A stretch of 64,000 bases of DNA from an uncultured delta proteobacterium (GTDB taxonomy: Bacteria > Myxococcota_A > UBA9160 > SMWR01): assembly GCA_963832165.1 (NCBI GenBank), contig CAWHTE010000007.1, forward strand, positions 704,001-768,000. Direction: 5' to 3'. Below the pieces are notes generated by a model. It searched no databases. It was not told the origin of the DNA and worked only from the letters and a program-made list of their open reading frames with translations. Below, one piece after another: positions 49,278 through 57,919 of this stretch. A program made the translations under genes and the position numbers. Within the stretch, counting starts at the first letter, position 1. Every line of letters begins with the position of its first letter.

Positions 49278-52200
49278 GTCTCTCGGACCTCTCGATCAAG
49301 CGCCCTGTCCTCACCTGGATGATGGCGCTCGCGCTCGCCACGTTCGGCGTGCTCGGCTTCGTGCGCCTCGGTGTCGACCGCTATCCCGACATGGAGTTCC
49401 CGTTCGTGGGCGTCCGGGTCGAGCTCGAGGGCGGGTCGCCTACCGCGATCGAGGACGAGATCATCGATCCGCTCGAGGAGGCCTTCGCGACGATCGAAGG
49501 CGTGCGCCACATCCATTCCCAGGCGGGCCAGGGGGAGGGGCGTGTAACGCTCGAGTTCGAGCTCGAGCACGACCTCGACACGGCTGCGCAGGACGTGCGC
49601 GACAAGCTCAACGTCACGATGCGACGTCTGCCGCGTGACATCGAGGCTCCCTCGCTGGGCAAGGCCGACTACTCGCAGTTCCCGATCATCATCGCGCCGA
49701 TCGCGTCGGACCTGTCCGCCATCGAGACCACCGAGTACGTCGAGGAGCACATCAAGCCCGCGCTCGAGAGCATCCCGGGCGCCGCGGGTGTGCAGGTGTG
49801 GGGTGGTCGCGATCGCAACCTCCGGATCTGGATCGACCCCGCCGCGCTGCGCGCACGCGGCCTCGCGGTGAGCGACGTGCTCGGCGCGCTGCGGCGCGAG
49901 CACGTCGACCGGCCGGGTGGCTTCATCGAGGGGCAGACCGTCGAATGGGCGGTCAAGACCGACGCCGAGTTCCGCTCGGTGGCCGAGCTCGAGAACATGA
50001 TCGTGTCGTGGGACGGCGAGGCGCCGATCCGGATGCGCGACGTGGCGCGGATCGAGGACGGCTCGGAGGATGTCCGCGACGCGAGCTACATGAACGGCAA
50101 GCGCGGTATCGCGCTCGGCCTCTCCAAGCAGTCGAAGGGCAACACCGTCGCGATCGTCGACGAGCTCTTCCGGCGCATGGACCCGATCCGCGAGGCCGCT
50201 CCCGATGGCATCCAGATCGCCAAGTCCGAGGGCTTCCTCGACAACTCGCAGGTGATCCGCGAGTCGTTCGAGGAGACGATGATTGCGCTGCTGTTCGGCG
50301 GCGTGCTGGCCGTCGCGGTGGTGTTCGTCTTCATCCAGCGCTTCCGGCCCACCATGATCGTCGCGGCCTCGATTCCGCTCTCGATCATGGCCACGTTCGG
50401 TTTCATCTGGGTGTTCGACTTCACGTTGAACACGATGACGCTCCTGGGTCTCACGCTCGCGATCGGCGTGGTGATCGACGACGCGATCATCGTGCTCGAG
50501 AACATCGAGCGGCACCGCGAAGGCGGAAAGAACGCGCTCGAGGCAGCGCGCTCGGGCACGCGCGAGATCACGCTCGCCGCGTGCGCGGCGACCTTCTCGG
50601 TGGCGGCCGTATTCGTGCCGGTCGCGTTCGCCCAGGGTCGCATGGGCGCGTTCCTGCGCGAGTTCGGCATCACGGTGGCGGTATCGGTGATGATCTCGCT
50701 GTTCGTGGCCCTCACGCTCACGCCCATGCTCGCTGCGCGCATGTCGCCTCCGAAGGAGCGCGCCCACGGCGGCATCTACCACCGCCTCGAGCAGTGGTTC
50801 AACGGACTCGAGACGGGATACCGCAAGCTGCTCGACTGGACGCTCGCGCACCGCGGCAAGACCGCCGCAATCGCCGTGGGGTCGATCGTGCTCGCGATCG
50901 CAGCCGGCAGGCAGCTTCCCGGCGAGTTCTTCCCGGTCTCCGATTCGGGGTTCATCCTGATCAGCTTCCGCGCACCGCCGGGCACCTCGCTGGAGGCGAC
51001 CGAGGCGATCCTCGCGCGGAACCAGCAATGGGCGCTCGAACAGCCCGAGACCGCCGCGGTGTTCGGGCGCGTCGGGCCGGATGCATGGCGCATGAGCGGC
51101 CCCAACGAGGGCATGATCAACGTGCGGCTCGTCCCGCTGGAGGAGCGCAGCCGCAGCGCCCAGGAGATCATGCGCGCGGCACGCGACGCGCTGTCGGAGA
51201 TCCCGGGTCAGGAAGTCTCGGTCGTCAACCCGATGGGCGCGAGCAACCGCGACTTCGAGGTCGAGATCGCGGGCAATGCGAGCCTCGAGGAGTTCGACCA
51301 GTACGCGACCGACCTGATCGATCGCCTGCGCGCGGGCGGCGGCATGGTCGACCTCGACAAGAGCCTGCGGCTCGGGCTGCCCGAGGTGCGCGTGGTGCCC
51401 GACCGCGAGAAGGCGGCCGCGCTGGGCATCGACGCCGCGACGGTGGCCGAGATCGTGCAGTCGATGATCGGCGGGCTCGACGTCGCCACGTTCCGCGACG
51501 GCGAGCAGCGGCACGACATCCGGCTGCGCATGGAGCGCCAGAACCGCGACTCGCTCGACGCGATCGGCGATCTCTGGGTGCGCGCGCGCAACGGAGAGCT
51601 CATCGACCTGCGCAACGTCGTGCAGATCGAGAAGGGTGCCACGGCTGCCTCGATCACGCGCACCGACCGCCAGCGCAGCGTGAAGGTGATGGCGAACCTC
51701 GACGGCATCAGCCTCGACGAGGCGATCTCGCGCGCGCAGGCGATCGCAGACGAGATCCTGCCGCCGCACCTCTCGCTGCGCCTGACCGGCGACGCCGAGT
51801 CCATGAAGGAGGCAAGCAGCCAGTTCGCGCTGATGCTCGTGCTCGCGGTGCTCGTGATCTACATGGTGCTCGCAGCCCAGTTCGAGAGCTTCGTGCAGCC
51901 GCTGATCGTGATGATTGCGCTGCCGTTCTCGATGGTCGGCGCGCTGGGCGGCCTCTGGCTCGGAGGCATGACACTCAATCTCTTCAGCATGATCGGAATC
52001 GTGCTCTTGATCGGGCTCGTCACGAAGAACTCGATCTTGCTGATCGACTACGCCAATCAGCTGCGCGCGGAAGGGCAATCGGCCGTCGATGCGATCCGTC
52101 ACGCCGCGCCGATCCGGATGCGGCCCGTGGTGATGACCGCGCTCGCGATGATCTTCGGCGTGCTGCCGGCCGCGTTCGGCATCGGGCCCGGTGCCGAGAC

Positions 52201-52411
52201 ACGTGCGCCGATGGCCGTGGCCACCGCGGCGGGCATGTTCAGCTCTACGCTGCTGACGCTTCTCGTGGTGCCGGTGTTCTACCTCGCGGTCGAGCGCGCC
52301 AAGGAGCTCCTGGCCTCGCCGCGCGAGGCGCTCGCACAGGCGCGCAACGCCGCTCGCGGCCTCCGCCCGCTCGCCGACCGCGCGCTCTCGGCTCTCGCTT
52401 CCCGGCGCTGA
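49274..52411 (+). CDS. RND efflux permease (AcrB/MdtB family)
   Basis: SIKRPV, AIGVVIDDAIIVLEN, LTLTPML, LIGLVTKNSIL and RMRPVVMT; 1045 aa. Confidence 0.95.
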   Translation: MSLSDLSIKRPVLTWMMALALATFGVLGFVRLGVDRYPDMEFPFVGVRVELEGGSPTAIEDEIIDPLEEAFATIEGVRHIHSQAGQGEGRVTLEFELEHDLDTAAQDVRDKLNVTMRRLPRDIEAPSLGKADYSQFPIIIAPIASDLSAIETTEYVEEHIKPALESIPGAAGVQVWGGRDRNLRIWIDPAALRARGLAVSDVLGALRREHVDRPGGFIEGQTVEWAVKTDAEFRSVAELENMIVSWDGEAPIRMRDVARIEDGSEDVRDASYMNGKRGIALGLSKQSKGNTVAIVDELFRRMDPIREAAPDGIQIAKSEGFLDNSQVIRESFEETMIALLFGGVLAVAVVFVFIQRFRPTMIVAASIPLSIMATFGFIWVFDFTLNTMTLLGLTLAIGVVIDDAIIVLENIERHREGGKNALEAARSGTREITLAACAATFSVAAVFVPVAFAQGRMGAFLREFGITVAVSVMISLFVALTLTPMLAARMSPPKERAHGGIYHRLEQWFNGLETGYRKLLDWTLAHRGKTAAIAVGSIVLAIAAGRQLPGEFFPVSDSGFILISFRAPPGTSLEATEAILARNQQWALEQPETAAVFGRVGPDAWRMSGPNEGMINVRLVPLEERSRSAQEIMRAARDALSEIPGQEVSVVNPMGASNRDFEVEIAGNASLEEFDQYATDLIDRLRAGGGMVDLDKSLRLGLPEVRVVPDREKAAALGIDAATVAEIVQSMIGGLDVATFRDGEQRHDIRLRMERQNRDSLDAIGDLWVRARNGELIDLRNVVQIEKGATAASITRTDRQRSVKVMANLDGISLDEAISRAQAIADEILPPHLSLRLTGDAESMKEASSQFALMLVLAVLVIYMVLAAQFESFVQPLIVMIALPFSMVGALGGLWLGGMTLNLFSMIGIVLLIGLVTKNSILLIDYANQLRAEGQSAVDAIRHAAPIRMRPVVMTALAMIFGVLPAAFGIGPGAETRAPMAVATAAGMFSSTLLTLLVVPVFYLAVERAKELLASPREALAQARNAARGLRPLADRALSALASRR

Positions 52412-52429
52412 AAGCGGTACTCCTCATGC

Positions 52430-54295
52430 GTGCTCGACGCGTCGATGGGGGTCGCCGCGCGCGAGATCCTCGAGGGCGTGTTCGGCCACGAGGATTTTCG
52501 CCCGGGTCAGGCGGAAGCAGTGTGCACCGCGCTCGCGGGGCGCGACGTCGTAGTGCTGCAGCCCACGGGCTCGGGCAAGTCGCTCTGCTACCAGGTTCCC
52601 GCGCTGGTGGCGGGCCGGCGCGGGCAGGGCACGACGATCGTCGTCTCTCCGCTGATCGCGCTCATGCGCGATCAGGTGGGTGCGCTCGCGGCGCGCGGGG
52701 CGCGCGTCGCAGCGCTGCACAGCCAGCAGGACGCGGACGCGCAGCGCGACGCCGTCGCGCGCTTCCTGCGCGGCGAGCTCGAGCTCTTCTACGTCTCGCC
52801 CGAGCGCGCGGCGCTCGCGAGCTTCCGACGCATGCTCGCGCGTACGCGCGTGGCCCTGTTCGCAGTGGACGAGGCGCACTGCGTGAGCCAGTGGGGCCAC
52901 GACTTCCGGCCCGAGTACATGCGCCTCGCCGAGCTGCGCGAGATCGCGAGCGCACCGATGATCGCGCTCACCGCGACGGCCACCGCCGCCGTGCTCGCGG
53001 AGATCGAGAGCGGGCTCGGATTGCGCAGCCCGCTGATCGTGCGCGCGGGCCTCGACCGCCCGAACCTCGCGTTCGCGGTGTGCGCGCTGCGCACGCACGA
53101 AGCGCGCCTCGCGGCGCTCGTGGCCGAGCTCGACGCGGCGGGCCTGCGCAAACGGGGCGCCGGACGCGCGATCGTCTACTGCAGCACGCGCAAGGTCACC
53201 GAGCGCGTCGCTTCCGAGCTGCGCTCGGCCGGGATCGGTGCGGGCCACTACCACGCGGGCCGCACCGGGCTCGCGCGCGAGCGCGCACAGCTCGCGTTCG
53301 AAGCCGGCCGCACGCGCGTGCTCGTCGCCACCAACGCGTTCGGGATGGGGATCGACCTGCCCGACATCCGCCTGATCGCGCACTTCCAGACGCCCGGCAG
53401 CGTCGAGGCCTACTACCAGGAGGCCGGTCGGGCCGGACGCGACGGCGAGCCCGCGCGCTGCCTGCTGTTCTTCGGCGCGTCCGACCTGATGACCCAGCGG
53501 CGCCTCGCCTCCGTGAGCGGCGGCGGTGCATCGATCGCGCGGCGCCGCGCGGAAGCGATTGCGGCGATCGAGCGCTACGCGACGCAGCTGCGCTGCCGGC
53601 AGCAGGCGCTCGTCGCTCATTTCACGGGAGAGGCGACCGGCGAGCCGTGTGGGCGCTGCGACGTCTGCACGGGCGCGGCTGGCGTTTCGGACGCGGGCCG
53701 TGCGGCCACGCCCGTGCGCAGCGAGATCGCGCAGCTGTCCGACGATGCGCTCGCGGTCGTGGTGCGTGCGGTCGGGCAGATCACGCGTCCCGTCGGCAAG
53801 ACCAACCTCGCGCGCGCGCTGCGCGGCAGCCGCGCCCGGGCGCTCGCGCGCGGTGGCCTGCTCGCGATGCCGGAGCACGGCGCGCTCGCGGAGTACAGCG
53901 AGGGCTCGATCGCCGCAGCGATCGACGCACTCGTGGGCGAGGGGCGGCTGCGCCGAACGGGCCGGAAGTATCCCACGCTGTGGCTTCCGGGCCGCCCGGT
54001 GCGGGAAGCGCGCGCGAGCGGCAAGAACGGCGCAGCGACCAGCGCGCCGCGCGCGCGCTCGCAGCGCTGGGGCGGGCCGGTCGCTCGCGCGCTCGACAAC
54101 TACCGCCGGCGCAAGGCGCGCGATCTGCGCTGGAAGACCTACATGGTGTTCCAGCACAACGTGTTGCTCGCGATCGACCGCGAGCTGCCGGACACGCGCG
54201 CTGCGCTCGCAAAGATCCCCGGCCTCGGTCCGGCGAAGCTCGAGCGCTTCGGCGACGACATCCTGGAGCTCGTGCGCCAGCACCGAACGGACTAG
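52430..54295 (+). CDS. recQ: RecQ-family DNA helicase with Zn/RQC and HRDC domains
   Basis: PTGSGKSLCYQ, DEAHCVSQWGHDFRPEY, YYQEAGRAGRDG, CR..CGRCDVC and GLGPAKLERFG. Confidence 0.93.
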   Translation: MLDASMGVAAREILEGVFGHEDFRPGQAEAVCTALAGRDVVVLQPTGSGKSLCYQVPALVAGRRGQGTTIVVSPLIALMRDQVGALAARGARVAALHSQQDADAQRDAVARFLRGELELFYVSPERAALASFRRMLARTRVALFAVDEAHCVSQWGHDFRPEYMRLAELREIASAPMIALTATATAAVLAEIESGLGLRSPLIVRAGLDRPNLAFAVCALRTHEARLAALVAELDAAGLRKRGAGRAIVYCSTRKVTERVASELRSAGIGAGHYHAGRTGLARERAQLAFEAGRTRVLVATNAFGMGIDLPDIRLIAHFQTPGSVEAYYQEAGRAGRDGEPARCLLFFGASDLMTQRRLASVSGGGASIARRRAEAIAAIERYATQLRCRQQALVAHFTGEATGEPCGRCDVCTGAAGVSDAGRAATPVRSEIAQLSDDALAVVVRAVGQITRPVGKTNLARALRGSRARALARGGLLAMPEHGALAEYSEGSIAAAIDALVGEGRLRRTGRKYPTLWLPGRPVREARASGKNGAATSAPRARSQRWGGPVARALDNYRRRKARDLRWKTYMVFQHNVLLAIDRELPDTRAALAKIPGLGPAKLERFGDDILELVRQHRTD

Positions 54296-54322
54296 CCGCG
54301 TACAATCCGGTCGGAGGCCCCC

Positions 54323-55469
54323 ATGGCGAGCGATCTGTTCTCTACCCCCGAGCACGCGCTGTTCCGCGAGACGGTGCGCAAGTTCGTCGACGAGGAGCTG
54401 CGCCCGCGCGCGCGCGAGTTCGACGCGATGGGCCGCTTCGACAAGGGCCTGTACAAGAAGATGGGCGACCTCGGGATGCTCGGGCTCCGCTACGACCCGA
54501 AGTGGGGCGGGTCGGGGCTCGACTACTCGTACATGGCGATCCTGTTCGAGGAGATCGGCCGCTGCGACAACGCGGGCGTCGCGATGGGGATCAGCGTCCA
54601 CACCGACATGGCCACGCCCTCGCTGCACCAGTTCGGCAGCGACGAGCTGAAGCAGCAGTTCCTCGTGCCCGCGATCGCGGGCGAGATGGTGTCGGCGATC
54701 GCGGTCACCGAGCCGGGCGCGGGCTCCGACGTCGCCGCGATCCAGACGCGCGCCGTGCGCGACGGCGACGAGTGGGTGATCAACGGCAGCAAGATCTACA
54801 TCACCAACGCCGCGACGGCCGACTGGCTGTGCCTGCTCGCGGTGACCGATCCCGAAGGCCGGCTACGGCGGCTTCTCGCAGATCATCGTGCCCACCGACA
54901 CGCCGGGCTTCCGCTACGACCTGCTCGACAAGATCGGCAACTGGGGCTCGGACACCGGCCAGCTCTTCTTCGAGAACGTGCGCGTGCCGATCGCCTACAC
55001 GATCGGCGAGATCGGCCGCGGCTTCCAGCAGCAGATGATGCAGTTCCAGGACGAGCGCCTGGTCGGCTGCATCAGCAGCATCGCAGCCGCGCAGGACAAC
55101 TGGGAGAACACGCGCGCGTGGGCCGAGCAGCGCGTGCTGTTCGGCAAGCCGCTCTCGAAGATGCAGGTCACGCAGTTCAAGTTCGTCGAGATGCTCACGC
55201 AGCTCACCGCGGCGCGCGAGCTCACCTACGCGTGCATCCGCGAGTGCAACCGCGGCGTCGACGCGACGCAGCTGATCACGATGGCGAAGATCTTCTGCGC
55301 GCGCGTCGCGCGCTTCGTCGCCGACGAATGCATCCAGCTCTCGGGCGGCTACGGCTACATGAAGGAGAGCGCCGCGGGCCGCGCGTTCGTCGACAGCCGC
55401 CTGATCAGCATCGGCGGCGGCTCCGACGAGACGATGCTCCATTACCTCGCGAAGCAGCTCGGTTTCTAG
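54323..55469 (+). CDS. Acyl-CoA dehydrogenase, AtuD (citronellyl-CoA dehydrogenase)-like; +1 insertion at ~54857
   Basis: GLDYSY, TDMATP, TEPGAGSD and NGSKIYITN, then QFQDERL, GGYGYM and IGGGSDE. Confidence 0.88.
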
Positions 55470-55490
55470 AAGAAGCTTTTAGGAGAAGAC

Positions 55491-56261
55491 ATGGCAGATG
55501 ACGTGACGCGCTACGAGCGGCGCGGGCCGGCCGGATGGATCACGCTCGCGTCGCCCGACACGCGCAACGCGCTCTCGACGGCGCTCGTGGCCGGCCTCGG
55601 GGCGCATCTGCGCGAGGCGATCGAAGATCCCGCGGTGCGCGCGATCGTGCTCACGGGCGAAGGCCCCGCGTTCTGCGCGGGCGCCGATCTCAAGAACCGC
55701 GGTGCGATGGGCCAGTCCGAGAAGGGCAACCCGTTCGTCGGAGTTCTCCAGCAGATGCGACACGGGCCGAAGCCCGTGATCTCCGCGGTGAACGGCCACG
55801 CGTTCGGCGGCGGCGTGGGCCTGGTCGCCGCGGCCGACATCGCGATCGCGGTCGATTCCGCGGTGTTCAGCTTCAGCGAGGTCCGGATCGGCGCGATTCC
55901 CGCGATGATCTCGGTCGTGGTGCTGCCGAAGCTCGGCGAGCACCAGACGATGCGCCTGTTCCTGACAGGCGAGCGCTTCACGGCCGAGCGCGCGCTCGGC
56001 TACGGCCTGCTCCACCGCGTGGTCGCGCCCGGTGCGCTCGAGGCCGCGGTGCAGGAGGAGATCGACGCGATCGCGAAGGGCGGTCCGAATGCGATTCGCG
56101 AGGCGAAGCAGCTCGTGCGAACGGTCGCGCGGCTGCCCGAAGACGAGGCGTTTCGCTTCGCGGAGAAGAAGATCGCCGCAATCTTCGCCTCGGAGGAGGC
56201 AGCCGAGGGGATGGCCGCGTTCGCGCAGAAACGGCCGCCCCGATGGGTGGTTCCGGGCTAG
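55491..56261 (+). CDS. Enoyl-CoA hydratase, methylglutaconyl-CoA hydratase (LiuC/AtuE)-like
   Basis: AFCAGADL, GGGVGLVAAAD, FSEVRIG and FAQKRPPRW; AGGAG RBS. Confidence 0.9.
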   Translation: MADDVTRYERRGPAGWITLASPDTRNALSTALVAGLGAHLREAIEDPAVRAIVLTGEGPAFCAGADLKNRGAMGQSEKGNPFVGVLQQMRHGPKPVISAVNGHAFGGGVGLVAAADIAIAVDSAVFSFSEVRIGAIPAMISVVVLPKLGEHQTMRLFLTGERFTAERALGYGLLHRVVAPGALEAAVQEEIDAIAKGGPNAIREAKQLVRTVARLPEDEAFRFAEKKIAAIFASEEAAEGMAAFAQKRPPRWVVPG

Positions 56262-56342
56262 CGCCCGGACAGCCACTGGAAGTGGGAGAAATCCCACCCC
56301 GGGGGTTGCCGAGCGCTCCGCTCCCCGGAAACCTACCGGCCC

Positions 56343-57909
56343 ATGCCGACCCCCTCTCTCTCCATGCCGAGCGTGTGCAACCGCTGGCGCACTGCTCGCA
56401 TGCGCGCTCGCGGGCGCAGCGCTCGCGCTCACCGCCGCCGAGCGCGCCGCCGCGTTCAGCCTCGACGACGTCGCCAAGCGCGCCAAGCGGCTCGCGGCCC
56501 AGCCCTACCGCGAGCCCGAGCGCAATCAGCCCGCATGGCTGCGCGACATCACCTACGACCAGTGGCGCGACATCCGCTTCCGGCCCAGCCGCGCGCTCTG
56601 GCTCGACCGCAACCTGCCGTTCACGGTCCAGTTCTTCCATGCCGGCTTCTTCTACGACCGGTCCGTGAAGGTCAACGTGGTGACGAACGCGGGCGTGTCC
56701 TCGGTGCCGTTCTCGCCTGACATGTTCGACTACGGCAAGAACGAGTTCGGCAGCCGCATACCCCAGGATCTGGGATTCGCGGGCATGCGCGTCCACTACC
56801 CGATCAAGAACCCGAACTACCGCGACGAGATCATCGTGTTCCTGGGCGCGAGCTATTTCCGCGCCGTCGGACGCGATCAGGCCTACGGAATCTCTGCGCG
56901 CGGGCTCGCGATCGACACCGCGCAGCCCTCGGGCGAGGAGTTCCCGTGGTTTCGCGAGTACTGGCTCGTGCGGCCCGGGGCGGGCGCGCAGGAGCTCACG
57001 ATGTTCGCGCTGCTCGACAGCCCGAGCGGAACCGGCGCCTATCGCTTCGTCGTAGCCCCGGGGCCCGAGACGCGCGTCGATGTCGAAATGCGCATCTACC
57101 CGCGCAAGGAGATCAAGAAGCTGGGCGTCTCCGCGCTCACGAGCATGTTCCTGCGCGGTGAGAACGGAGACGGGCCGATCGACGACTATCGGCCCGAAGT
57201 GCACGACTCCGACGGCCTCTTGATCGCGGCGCGCAGCGGGGAATGGCTGTGGCGACCGCTCGAGAACCCGCATTCGCTCGTGGTCTCCGCGTTCTCGACC
57301 GTGAGCCCGCGCGGCTTCGGGCTGCTCCAGCGCGATCGCAACCTCGATCACTACCAGGATTTCGAGGCGCGCCAGGACCTGCGGCCGAGCGTCTGGATCG
57401 AGCCGAAGGGCGACTGGGGCCCGGGGCGCGTCGAGCTCGTGGAGATCCCGACCGACAAGGACATCAACGACAACATCGTGTCCTACTGGGTGCCGGAAGC
57501 GCCCGTGACGCCGAAAAACCCCGTCAGTCTGGCATACTCGATGTTCTGGTACGGCGAGGAGCGCACCCGGCCGCCCGGCGGCTGGTCCTCCTCGACGCGC
57601 AAGGACCGGGGCACGATGGATGGCGCGCGCCGCCTCGTCGTGGATTTCGAAGGCAAGGCGCTCAGCAAGATCCCGCCCGAGAGCGTGGTGGAGGGTGTCG
57701 TGACGGCAGCTGCGCACGGGAGCGACGGAGCTGCGCGCGGCCCGGCCGAGCTGCTCGAGCAGCAGGTGATCCACAACCCGATCAACAACGGGTGGCGTCT
57801 GGTATTCCAGGTGAAGCCACCCGACGACCATCCGATCGAGCTGCGCGCGTTCCTGCGCCACGGCGGCGACGTCATCACCGAGACCTGGTCCTACCAATTG
57901 CATCCGTGA
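56343..57909 (+). CDS. opgG: Periplasmic glucan biosynthesis protein OpgG/MdoG; the ATG at 56343 needs one base removed from the C-run at ~56350
   Basis: YDQWRDIRF, FLGASYFRA, YGISARGLAIDT, EEFPWF, RPEVHDSDGL, DNIV and ETWSYQ; signal peptide ending AAA-FSLDDV. Confidence 0.93.
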
Positions 57910-57919
57910 GGGACCGTCC

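Noticed and set aside
49798..55038. Very long alternative-frame and antisense ORFs (also 36186..39989, 31263..34247, 16076..18628, 49244..52102)
   Set aside because: Low-complexity shadow frames of well-supported genes, expected at high GC. Only the 36186..37226 part of 36186..39989 is a real gene.
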